A stretch of 64,000 nucleotides of DNA. Source: Clostridia bacterium (GTDB lineage: Bacteria; Bacillota; Clostridia; Christensenellales; UBA3700). The notes below the pieces were generated by a model. It had not been told where the DNA came from, did no database searches, and was given only the letters and a program-made list of their open reading frames with translations. This document shows, one piece after another, positions 49,113 to 60,217 of this stretch. The stretch covers positions 7,756-71,755 of the forward strand of contig JAIEDA010000004.1 of the NCBI GenBank assembly GCA_029068165.1, in the 5' to 3' direction. A program made the translations under genes and the position numbers. Each line of letters opens with the position of its first letter. The first letter of the stretch is position 1.

Positions 49113-49152
49113 TGAGATATTTCGACTTTGCTACGCTTCGCTCAATATGACG
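49113..49152. repeat. Family C short palindromic repeat
   Basis: TGAGATATTTCGACTTTGCTACGCTTCGCTCAATATGACG matches 19063 and 23224. Confidence 0.75.
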
Positions 49153-49421
49153 ATTAAATCCGTCATAATTCAAATTCTTCATTATAAGTTTGTCCAAGCG
49201 TCAAAAAATCATCATCTTTAGAATTTAATTCGCCGCCTTGGGCGTAATCGTAAGTTTTTTATTTTATAAAGAGATTGGTTTAAATCATTTCTTCTATTTC
49301 TCTCTCATAATCATACTCATACGATTTAATTTTTTTCATCATTTATACTCTACACGCTTTGCCATAAGCTGTGCTTATATCCCATAGCATAAATTGCGAA
49401 TTTAAGGTGGTATATTATTAG

Positions 49422-49472
49422 TTGACATTATCAATCGCCAATTTTATACTTGATTTGTAAACAAAATTTACA
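49422..49472 (+). promoter_or_regulatory. glnA promoter with a TGTNA-N7-TNACA (GlnR/TnrA-type) box at the start site
   Basis: TTGACA(49422)-17-TATACT(49445), then TGTAA-ACAAAAT-TTACA at 49456-49472. Confidence 0.7.
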
Positions 49473-49484
49473 AAAGGAGTTTTT

Positions 49485-51563
<2,079 letters not shown>

Positions 51564-51605
51564 TCTTACTTACGAAAAAAATTTTTATACTATAGGAGAA
51601 ACAAA

Positions 51606-53426
51606 ATGTTAGACGAAGCAATCTATTCGCTAGTCGGCGACTACGCTTTCGGAATATGGTTTTTGATCGGCGCAGCTCTCGTATTCTTTATGCAATGCGG
51701 TTTTGCAATGGTCGAAACGGGTTTTACGAGAGCTAAGAACGCAGGCAACATCATAATGAAAAACCTTATGGACTTTTGTATAGGTACTGTCGTATTTATG
51801 CTGCTAGGTTTTTCGTTGCTCGTAGGTCAGGAAGCCGCAGGCGGCTTTATTGGCGTACCTACTATGGGACTGTTTACGGACTTTTCGAAGTTCGTTGAGG
51901 AATACGCGTCGAGTTTCGTATTCAACCTAGTATTTTGCGCAACAGCCGCTACTATCGTATCAGGCGCAATGGCTGAAAGAACCAAGTTCCTTTCGTACTG
52001 CGTATACTCGGCTATGATTTCATTGGTAGTATACCCCGTAGAAGCAGGTTGGGTATGGGGAGGCGGTTGGCTTGCAAGCGCAGGCTTTATCGACTTCGCA
52101 GGTTCGGCTTGTATACATATGGTAGGCGGTACGGCGGCTCTTATCGGAGCGCTGTTCTTGGGAGCGCGTATCGGTAAATACGAGAGAAACGCTCAAGGCA
52201 AGGTTACGAAAGTAAACGCTATTCAAGGTCACAGCCTTACGCTCGGCGCTCTCGGCGTGTTCATACTTTGGTTCGGTTGGTACGGCTTCAACGGCGCGGC
52301 TGCCGATTCCATCAACTCGCTTGCAAATATCTTCCTCACCACTACGATAGCTCCTGCGATCGCGACCGTGGTATGTATGATATTCACTTGGATAAAAGAC
52401 AAAAAGCCCGACGTATCAATGTGCTTAAACGCTTCGCTCGCAGGCTTAGTCGCAATCACCGCAGGATGTTATAGAGTGGACGCGCTCGGCGCGACGGCGA
52501 TAGGCGCGGTAGCGGGTATCTTGGTAGTGCTTGTAGCCGAACTTCTTGATAAGAAACTCCATATCGACGACCCCGTAGGAGCGGTAGCAGTTCACTGCGC
52601 CAACGGAATTTGGGGCACGATAGCCGTAGGTTTGTTTGCTTGCGTAGACTTCCAAGCGGGAGCCGAAGGCGTCAACGAAGCCGGAAGACTGGTCGACAAA
52701 GCCGCTCTCGGTCTTTTCTACGGCGGCAACGGACACCTTCTTGGCATACAGCTCGCAGGTATTCTCGCGATTATCGTTTGGACAGTTGTTTGGATGGTCG
52801 TCATATTCGGCGCTATCAAGTACTTGCCCGTTATGATCAAAGAAAAATGCGGACTTAAGAAAGCAATCAAAATTGGCAAAACTTGGAACGGACTTCGCGC
52901 TTCCGCCGAGGACGAAATCGTGGGTATGGATATCTCCGAACACGGACTTGACAGCGCTTACGCCGACTTTCTCCCGACTGCTCCGTCGTATGACGGCGAG
53001 GTCGCAAGCGTAGACGTAACCGGCGTACAACCTGCAGACATCGAACTTTCTTCGCAAGAAGTTGAAAGATACAGCAAAGTTACGATTATTACGGGACAGG
53101 ATAAGTTTCTCTCGCTCAAAGACGCAATGGCTCAAATAGGAGTTACGGGTATGACCGTATCCACGGTAATGGGCTGCGGCGCGCAAAGCGGAAAGACGGG
53201 ACAGTACCGCGGCGTTAAAACCTCGATGCACCTGCTTCCCAAGATTCAAGTAGACGTCGTCGTTTCCGAAGTCGATCCCAAACTCGTAGTCGCCGTAGCG
53301 CAAAAAGTTTTGGCGGACGGAAAATTCGGCGCAGGCAAGATATTCGTAAGCAATATCGAAAACGTAATGAGAGTTAGGACGGGAGAAACGGGCAAAGCCG
53401 CTCTTTCCAACGAAGCCGAGGAGTAA
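51606..53426 (+). CDS. amt: Ammonium transporter fused to a C-terminal PII domain
   Basis: Amt motifs FMQCGF, DFAGS..IH, WFGWYGFNG, DDPVGAVAVH, then PII motifs GMTV..V.GCG.Q.G, LLPK, GKIFV, RVRTGE. Confidence 0.94.
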   Translation: MLDEAIYSLVGDYAFGIWFLIGAALVFFMQCGFAMVETGFTRAKNAGNIIMKNLMDFCIGTVVFMLLGFSLLVGQEAAGGFIGVPTMGLFTDFSKFVEEYASSFVFNLVFCATAATIVSGAMAERTKFLSYCVYSAMISLVVYPVEAGWVWGGGWLASAGFIDFAGSACIHMVGGTAALIGALFLGARIGKYERNAQGKVTKVNAIQGHSLTLGALGVFILWFGWYGFNGAAADSINSLANIFLTTTIAPAIATVVCMIFTWIKDKKPDVSMCLNASLAGLVAITAGCYRVDALGATAIGAVAGILVVLVAELLDKKLHIDDPVGAVAVHCANGIWGTIAVGLFACVDFQAGAEGVNEAGRLVDKAALGLFYGGNGHLLGIQLAGILAIIVWTVVWMVVIFGAIKYLPVMIKEKCGLKKAIKIGKTWNGLRASAEDEIVGMDISEHGLDSAYADFLPTAPSYDGEVASVDVTGVQPADIELSSQEVERYSKVTIITGQDKFLSLKDAMAQIGVTGMTVSTVMGCGAQSGKTGQYRGVKTSMHLLPKIQVDVVVSEVDPKLVVAVAQKVLADGKFGAGKIFVSNIENVMRVRTGETGKAALSNEAEE

Positions 53427-53541
53427 CGCAACTCAAAAACCAACTAATCACGAAGTTGATAAATACGCTTCCCAGCCGTATAGTAAGGTCTTACTATACG
53501 GCATTTGGGCAAAATAAAAGATTAAAAATTAAGAGGAAAAT

Positions 53542-54669
53542 ATGTTCAACAGCAATCCAAACTACAATTCAAGCCCTTTTGAGGGCGAAGTCCGTATACC
53601 GTCGGGCTGCGCTGTCAGCGCAATCATCAATAGAAGCGGAAAACCTATGACGGGCGAAAAAATTATTCGCTCTATATCCACTATGCACGACCGCTCCAAC
53701 GGACTTGGCGGCGGCTTCGCAGGCTACGGCATCTACCCCGACTATAAGGAATATTACGCGTTCCACTTGTTTTTCAACGACTTTCAGGCGAAGAAAGCCA
53801 CCGAAGATTTCATTATTACGCACTTTGAAATAGTCTACTCTTCGGAAATGAAAACGCGCAAAGTCAAAGGTATCGGCAACGAACCTCTCATATATCGATA
53901 CTTTTTGTATCCCCTTTCCAAACGTCTTACCAACTCGCTTATGGACGAAGAACAGTACGTGGTAAAGTGCGTAAATAAAATAAACGCCGAAATCAACGGA
54001 GCGTTCGTCTTTTCAAGCGGAAAGAATATGGGCATATTCAAGGGCGTCGGCTATCCTGAAGAGATTGGCAAGTTCTACCTTCTCGACGAAGAGTATCAAG
54101 GCTACGCTTGGACGGCGCACGGAAGATATCCAACCAACACTCCCGGTTGGTGGGGCGGCGCGCACCCGTTTGGGCTTTTGGACTACTCTATCGTCCACAA
54201 CGGCGAAATATCTTCATACGACGCCAATAGACGTTATATCGAAATGTTTGGATATAAATGCTCATTGCAAACGGATACCGAGGTAATAACCTATATTATC
54301 GACTACTTGATAAGAGTTAAAAAACTCACTTTGCAAGAGATTGCGAAAGTTATATCAGCTTCGTTTTGGAGCACTATCGAGGAAAAGAGCGAAGAGGAAA
54401 AACGCAAAGAAATATTCCTGCGGAAAGCTTTCCCGTCGCTGCTTATCAATGGACCGTTTTCTATAATATTCGGATTTAGCGGCGGAATAATGGCTCTCAA
54501 CGATAGACTTAAGCTGCGCTCTATGGTATGCGCGGAAAAGGGCGACTTTGCCTTTATATCTTCCGAAGAATGCGGAATTAGAGTTATTGAACCAAAGCTT
54601 GACAAGATTTTCTCCCCGTCGGGCGGTCAACCCGTAATCTACACGCTTAAAGAAGGAGGTACGCTATAA
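53542..54669 (+). CDS. Glutamate synthase amidotransferase subunit (GltB1-type, Ntn class II GATase)
   Basis: EGEVRIPSGCA (propeptide then catalytic Cys), HDRSNGLG, AHGRYPTNT, AHPF, HNGEI, TDTE. Confidence 0.9.
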   Translation: MFNSNPNYNSSPFEGEVRIPSGCAVSAIINRSGKPMTGEKIIRSISTMHDRSNGLGGGFAGYGIYPDYKEYYAFHLFFNDFQAKKATEDFIITHFEIVYSSEMKTRKVKGIGNEPLIYRYFLYPLSKRLTNSLMDEEQYVVKCVNKINAEINGAFVFSSGKNMGIFKGVGYPEEIGKFYLLDEEYQGYAWTAHGRYPTNTPGWWGGAHPFGLLDYSIVHNGEISSYDANRRYIEMFGYKCSLQTDTEVITYIIDYLIRVKKLTLQEIAKVISASFWSTIEEKSEEEKRKEIFLRKAFPSLLINGPFSIIFGFSGGIMALNDRLKLRSMVCAEKGDFAFISSEECGIRVIEPKLDKIFSPSGGQPVIYTLKEGGTL

Positions 54670-56180
54670 TGAACGCTGATATGTATATTCCCGCGGAATT
54701 TGAAGTAATCCGCAGCGATAGATGCGTCAACTGCAAGATTTGCGAAAAACAGTGCGCAAACGGCGTACACTACACCGACAAAAAGACGGGCAAAATCGTC
54801 GCCGACAGCGAAAAATGCGTAAACTGTCAGCGTTGCGTTTGTACCTGTCCTACTCACGCTCTCAAAATAGTCAAGTCCGACAACGCTTATAGACAAAACT
54901 CCAACTGGTCGGCGCAAACTATGAACGAGGTCTACCGTCAAGCCAATACGGGCGGCGTACTGCTCTCTTCTATGGGCAATCCCCGTCAAAACCCTACGTA
55001 TTTTGAAAGAATACTTCTCAACGCTTCGCAAGTCACCAATCCTCCTATCGACCCGCTGAGAGAGCCTATGGAAACAACTGTATATTTGGGCAAAAAAGAC
55101 GTGGAAATCAAGCGCGACAACCAAGGAAGACTTGTTGACACTCTCGCTCCGCAGCTCAAACTTACGATGCCTATAATGTTTTCGGCGATGAGCTACGGCT
55201 CTATCTCCTACAGCGCGCACGAGAGTTTGGCTCGCGCCGCCGAAGAGCTGGGCATCTACTACAATACGGGCGAAGGCGGACTCCACAAAGATTTTTATAA
55301 ATACAGCGGCAATACGATAGTGCAAGTCGCTTCGGGAAGGTTTGGCGTTCATTCCGAATACCTCTCTACCGCGGCGGCTATAGAAGTCAAAATGGGTCAA
55401 GGCGCAAAACCCGGTATCGGAGGACACTTGCCGGGATTGAAAATCTCCGACGACGTGTCTAAAACGAGAATGATCCCCAAAGGAGTGGACGCTATCTCGC
55501 CCGCTCCCCACCACGATATCTATTCTATCGAAGACTTGCGACAGCTTATATATACGCTCAAGGAAGCAACCGATTACAAAAAGCCTATTATCGTCAAAAT
55601 CGCGGCGGTACACAACGTCGCGGCTATCGCTTCGGGCATAGCGCGTTCGGGCGCGGATATTATCGCAATCGACGGCTATCGCGGCGGTACGGGCGCAGCT
55701 CCTACGAGAATACGCGACAACGTGGGTATTCCTATAGAGCTTGCTATTGCTCGCGTTGACGAAAGACTTCGCCAAGAAGGCATACGCGACAGCGTGTCTA
55801 TCGTAGTAGGCGGTTCTATACGCTCTAGCGCCGACGTTGTCAAAGCCGTAGCTTTAGGCGCGGACGCTTGCTACGTAGGTACTGCCGCGCTACTTGCGCT
55901 GGGGTGTCACCTTTGCCGTCACTGCCATACGGGCAAATGCAACTGGGGTATCGCAACGCAACGTCCCGAACTTGTACAACGATTAGACCCCGAAGTCGGC
56001 TATAAGCGCCTCGTCAACCTGCTAACCGCTTGGAATCACGAAATACAGGAAATGATGGGCGGTATGGGTCTAAACTCTATTGAAGCGCTCAAAGGCAATA
56101 GGCTTATGCTTAGAGGCGTAGGTCTTAATGAAGCTGAACTCAAAGTCCTCGGTATAAGACACGCCGGCGAGGATATGTAA
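54669..56180 (+). CDS. Glutamate synthase FMN subunit with N-terminal 2x[4Fe-4S] domain (GltB2-type)
   Basis: Two CxxCxxCxxxC motifs, MSYGSIS, NTGEGG, QVASGRFGV, KMGQGAKPG.GGHLPG, CHLCRHCHTGKC..GIATQ. Confidence 0.94.
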   Translation: MNADMYIPAEFEVIRSDRCVNCKICEKQCANGVHYTDKKTGKIVADSEKCVNCQRCVCTCPTHALKIVKSDNAYRQNSNWSAQTMNEVYRQANTGGVLLSSMGNPRQNPTYFERILLNASQVTNPPIDPLREPMETTVYLGKKDVEIKRDNQGRLVDTLAPQLKLTMPIMFSAMSYGSISYSAHESLARAAEELGIYYNTGEGGLHKDFYKYSGNTIVQVASGRFGVHSEYLSTAAAIEVKMGQGAKPGIGGHLPGLKISDDVSKTRMIPKGVDAISPAPHHDIYSIEDLRQLIYTLKEATDYKKPIIVKIAAVHNVAAIASGIARSGADIIAIDGYRGGTGAAPTRIRDNVGIPIELAIARVDERLRQEGIRDSVSIVVGGSIRSSADVVKAVALGADACYVGTAALLALGCHLCRHCHTGKCNWGIATQRPELVQRLDPEVGYKRLVNLLTAWNHEIQEMMGGMGLNSIEALKGNRLMLRGVGLNEAELKVLGIRHAGEDM

Positions 56181-56192
56181 AGGAGAATGCAA

Positions 56193-56921
56193 ATGAACAT
56201 AAATATCGATGAAAAGACTGATTTTCAATTACTAAACAGGAGAATACGCGGCGTTGAGGACAAGAATATCGTTATCAACGGCTGCGTAGGTCAGCGCTAT
56301 ATCGCTACGGGACTTTCGGATAAAAAACTGTTGATAAACGGAACTCCTGGCAATGCGCTCGGCTCTTATCTAAACGGCGGCGAAGTCACCGTATACGGAA
56401 ACGCTCAAGACGCCACGGGCGATACGATGAACAGCGGTATGATAGTCATTCACGGCAACGCGGGCGACGCTACCGGCTACGCAATGCGCGGCGGCAAAAT
56501 CTATATCAAAGGCAATACCGGCTATAGAGCGGGAATACATATGAAAGCTTATATGGACTTCAAACCCATAATCGTCGTAGGCGGAAGAGCCGGCTCTTTC
56601 CTTGGCGAATATCAAGCCGGCGGCATTATCGTCGTACTCGGTCAAAACGACGACGGACTGCCTATTATCAACAACTTTTGCGGCACGGGTATGCACGGCG
56701 GAAAGATATATCTTCGCTGCGACAAGCTCCCCCACGCTATCCCCTCGCAAATACGCGTAGAAAAAGTCAAAGGAAGCGAGGTTGAGGAACTGAAAAGCAT
56801 TATTGAGGACTACTGCTCGTATTTTAAGGAACTCAACGCCGAATACCTGCTCAACGCCGATTTTCTCTCCCTCTTCCCCGACGTAGACAACCCCTATAAA
56901 CGAATGTATACCAACAACTGA
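56193..56921 (+). CDS. Glutamate synthase GXGXG beta-helix subunit (GltB3-type)
   Basis: GQRYIA, GTPGNALG, GNAQD, GYAMRGG, GEYQAGG, GMHGG repeats. Confidence 0.9.
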   Translation: MNINIDEKTDFQLLNRRIRGVEDKNIVINGCVGQRYIATGLSDKKLLINGTPGNALGSYLNGGEVTVYGNAQDATGDTMNSGMIVIHGNAGDATGYAMRGGKIYIKGNTGYRAGIHMKAYMDFKPIIVVGGRAGSFLGEYQAGGIIVVLGQNDDGLPIINNFCGTGMHGGKIYLRCDKLPHAIPSQIRVEKVKGSEVEELKSIIEDYCSYFKELNAEYLLNADFLSLFPDVDNPYKRMYTNN

Positions 56922-57094
56922 TTGCAAAAAAACGAGTTTGATTTGCGCTATCTTAACACGCCTAAGATATTCTCCTAATTATAGTTGAAAATCAAATTTA
57001 TTTGGTTTATACTATAAGCGGTAATTATTGCTTAAGCGGCGAAAAAGCCGTATTTTGCGAAGATATCCGATTACGACATAAATAGGAATTATAG

Positions 57095-57994
57095 ATGATC
57101 GATTTAGACCTTTACAAAATGTTTTACACCGTCGCAAAGTGCGGCTCTCTTAGCAAAGCCGCTGAAGAGTTGTTTATATCGCAACCTGCCGCATCACAAT
57201 CTATCAAGCAGTTGGAAACGCTGCTCGATACGCCCCTCTTCAAGAGGTTGCACCACGGAATGGAGCTATCTCAACAGGGCGGCAAGATTATTTTCGACGA
57301 CGTGGAAACGGCGATAAATCTTCTCAACGGCGTGGAAGAAAAACTCTCCGCGCTCAAACAAAACGCTATCGGTACGCTTCGTATCGGCGCGTCGGAAACG
57401 ATATTCCAATATATTCTTTCCGACAAAATCGTGCGTTATAACGAGCTCTTTCCGCAAGTAAAGATAGAACTTATATCCGATGTATCGCCTAAGATCATAG
57501 AGCTTATGAAATCCGACGAGTGCGATATAGGCTTCCTCAACCTCCCCTTTGCCGCTGACGGAGATATAATAATAAAGAAATCGATACAGTATCTAAACGA
57601 TATATTTATCGCGGGCGAAAAATTTTCTCACCTTAAAGGAAAAACGCTATCAGTCAGCGATTTGCAAAACTATCCCCTGCTTTTAATGGAAGAGCATACG
57701 GTATCAAGGGATTCTATCGACCACTACGGCGAAAGTCACGGAGTTAAGTTCAAACCCGCAATAGAGATAAACAGTTGGGGACTAATGAAACGACTGGTAA
57801 TTACCGGTATGGGAATAGGTTGTATACCTAGGGAGTATACTCTCAACAAACTTTCCGACGGCTCGCTGTTTGAAGTCGACGTACAACCCGCTATGCCAGC
57901 TCGCTCGGTAGGCTTGGCTTTGCCAAAAAACGTCAATCGCACCTTTGCGCTTCAATCGTTTATCAATCTATTCGACGTAGGAAGCGAGCAATAA
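57095..57994 (+). CDS. LysR family transcriptional regulator
   Basis: DLYKMFYTVAKCGSLSKAAEELFISQPAASQSIKQLE. Confidence 0.93.
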   Translation: MIDLDLYKMFYTVAKCGSLSKAAEELFISQPAASQSIKQLETLLDTPLFKRLHHGMELSQQGGKIIFDDVETAINLLNGVEEKLSALKQNAIGTLRIGASETIFQYILSDKIVRYNELFPQVKIELISDVSPKIIELMKSDECDIGFLNLPFAADGDIIIKKSIQYLNDIFIAGEKFSHLKGKTLSVSDLQNYPLLLMEEHTVSRDSIDHYGESHGVKFKPAIEINSWGLMKRLVITGMGIGCIPREYTLNKLSDGSLFEVDVQPAMPARSVGLALPKNVNRTFALQSFINLFDVGSEQ

Positions 57995-58024
57995 TTTACG
58001 CTTTATAGACTAGACCTGAATACC

Positions 58025-58477
58025 TTATTCTCCAAACGTCAAATACAGCGCCTCGCACGACTTTTTTATATCCTCGTACGTCTTGTCGAAATCGCCCGTA
58101 TACCAAGGGTCGGCGACGTCGTCGTTTGAACCTACAAATTCAAGCATAACGCGAATTTTGCGATTTGGGTCTTCACCGAAAATTTTGAGCATATTAATTA
58201 CGTTATAAGAGTCCATAGCGATGAACATATCGTATTTATCGTAATCGCATTTTTTCAACCGCGTCGCGCGTTTTCCCTCGCAACTTATTCCAAACTCGGC
58301 AAGCTTAGCTCTCGTGCCTCTATGAACGGGATTGCCCAGTTCTTCACAGCTAGTAGCCGACGAAGCAATGAAAAACTCCTTTTCCTTGCCCTCTCTTTCA
58401 ACTATATCCTTAAATACAAATTCCGCCATAGGCGAACGGCATATATTGCCGTGACATACGAACATTATCCTATGCAT
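58025..58477 (-). CDS. Low molecular weight protein-tyrosine phosphatase
   Basis: FVCHGNICRSPMAE P-loop and DVADPWY. Confidence 0.94.
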   Translation of the reverse strand: MHRIMFVCHGNICRSPMAEFVFKDIVEREGKEKEFFIASSATSCEELGNPVHRGTRAKLAEFGISCEGKRATRLKKCDYDKYDMFIAMDSYNVINMLKIFGEDPNRKIRVMLEFVGSNDDVADPWYTGDFDKTYEDIKKSCEALYLTFGE

Positions 58478-58578
58478 TTAATCTCTCCTCGCGTTTCATA
58501 TGCAAGTTTATAATATTGCGACTACGCTTCTCAACGCTTCGGCTTGACTTAAGCCCCGTAACAAGCAAGAGCGGTCGT

Positions 58579-59313
58579 CTAGTAAGCGACCGACCATAGA
58601 TACAGTCCGCAAGCGTCCAAGGTTTTTCCCGTCCCCACGTGCTTACGCGATTCTATTATTTTTGGGATATCCTCCGCGGCAATTCTTCCCCTGCCTACGT
58701 CTATAAGCGTACCTGCGATAATACGCACCATATTGTGCAAAAAGCCGTTGCCGCTGACCCATATTAAAAGCTCGTCGCCTTTTTGTTCGACTTCAAGTCG
58801 AAATATTGTTCTCACCGTGTTTTGCTTTTCGTCGTCGGCAAGCATAAACGCTCTAAAGTCGTGTTCGCCTATAAAATACTTACAAGCGGTTTTCATCTTC
58901 TCAACGTCTATATCGTAAAAACATATATGGTAGTATTTGCGTTTGAGCGGAGAATGAATTTTGCTAAGACACACTTTATAGAGATAAGTCTTGCTCTTCG
59001 CGCCGAACCTTGCGTGAAAGTTTTCGTCAACGCGCTCGCAGGAAGTCACGGCTATATCCTTAGGCAAAAGAGGGTTTATGGAATAACCGAAAGCCGACGG
59101 CTCAAACTCCTTGTCGGTATCGAAATGAGCTACTTGCGCAACAGCGTGAACGCCCGCGTCCGTTCGTCCGCTTGCAAAAACCGTTATCTCTTCCTGAAAA
59201 CGCTTTGACAGCGCCTCTTCCAAACTTTTTTGAATAGTGGGTAAATCTTTTTGTCTTTGAAAACCGTAATATTCGCCGCCGTCGTAGCAAAGCGTAAGTT
59301 TATACCTTGCCAT
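58579..59313 (-). CDS. truA: tRNA pseudouridine(38-40) synthase
   Basis: YDG..YYGFQ, SGRTDAGVHA, FHARF, GEHDF, NGFLHNMVRII. Confidence 0.96.
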   Translation of the reverse strand: MARYKLTLCYDGGEYYGFQRQKDLPTIQKSLEEALSKRFQEEITVFASGRTDAGVHAVAQVAHFDTDKEFEPSAFGYSINPLLPKDIAVTSCERVDENFHARFGAKSKTYLYKVCLSKIHSPLKRKYYHICFYDIDVEKMKTACKYFIGEHDFRAFMLADDEKQNTVRTIFRLEVEQKGDELLIWVSGNGFLHNMVRIIAGTLIDVGRGRIAAEDIPKIIESRKHVGTGKTLDACGLYLWSVAY

Positions 59314-60217
59314 GCTCTACCACGCTGCGAATGAAATTGTAAATCAGCACGTCAAGTCCTTGCACCTCAAATCCGCCTAAATCGGGAGATGGCACATATT
59401 TACCGACGAAGTACTTGTCCAACAATATCGCCGTCAAAACTACCGCAAAACCCACGAAAACGAAAATATCCATAGGTTTAATCTTAAAGACTTTGAGTTT
59501 GGTACGCGTAGACGAGGCGTTGTAACACCTTGCGTCCAACGCGTCGGCGAGCTCGTCAGCCCGTCTAAACGCGCTTACGAAAAGCGGAATAAGCACCGGC
59601 AGCATTGCCTTTATTTTTTTGAATAAGTTGCCGCTGTCAAGACTTGCTCCCCTAGCCTTTTGCGCCATCATTATTTTGTCGGTTTCTTCAACGAGTCCCG
59701 GGATAAATCTAAGCGCAATCGACATTATTATAGCAAGGTCGTGTACGGGTATTCTAATGAGTTTTAACGGTTTGAGCAAAAACTCCAACGCGTCGGTCAA
59801 TTCCGTCGGCGTAGTCGTCAACGTCAGCAGCGACGAGCCGAGCACCAACAGCGTAAATCTAAACGCCATTTTGATAGCGAAGTTTATACCCTGATCGGTG
59901 ATGTTGAGCACCACGTTGCCGCCCATACGAATGGGCACGAGCACGTTGCCCGACGAAGTAAAAAATATATTTATCAACGCCGTAAAAATAAGCAAAAACA
60001 GTATGCCCTCGATAGTCTTAGCTACTATTCTAAAAGGCACGCGCGAAACGGCTATGGTCAGCGTAAGAAGTAAAAACATAAACGCAAACGCGGTATACGA
60101 CACGATAAAAAACACCGAAACCATAAAAAGCAACGTCACCAAAATTTTCACTCTGGCGTCTAGATTATGAATAAAAGAATTTACAGGATAATACTGCCCG
60201 AAAGAAATATCTCTCAT
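59300..60217 (-). CDS. ecfT: ECF transporter transmembrane T component
   Basis: GQY.P..S.IH.LD.R.K, TTTP, IALRFIP, AQKARG, LDARCY. Confidence 0.94.
   Translation of the reverse strand: MRDISFGQYYPVNSFIHNLDARVKILVTLLFMVSVFFIVSYTAFAFMFLLLTLTIAVSRVPFRIVAKTIEGILFLLIFTALINIFFTSSGNVLVPIRMGGNVVLNITDQGINFAIKMAFRFTLLVLGSSLLTLTTTPTELTDALEFLLKPLKLIRIPVHDLAIIMSIALRFIPGLVEETDKIMMAQKARGASLDSGNLFKKIKAMLPVLIPLFVSAFRRADELADALDARCYNASSTRTKLKVFKIKPMDIFVFVGFAVVLTAILLDKYFVGKYVPSPDLGGFEVQGLDVLIYNFIRSVVEHGKV

Noticed and set aside
49165-49345. AT-rich degraded frame on the minus strand (MMKKIKSYEYDYEREIEEMI*...)
   Set aside because: Interrupted by stops and has no recognisable homology; cannot be supported as a gene or pseudogene.
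49380-49484. ANTAR twin-hairpin or glutamine riboswitch before glnA
   Set aside because: The predicted leader is only about 30 nt with no twin hexaloop hairpins or terminator.
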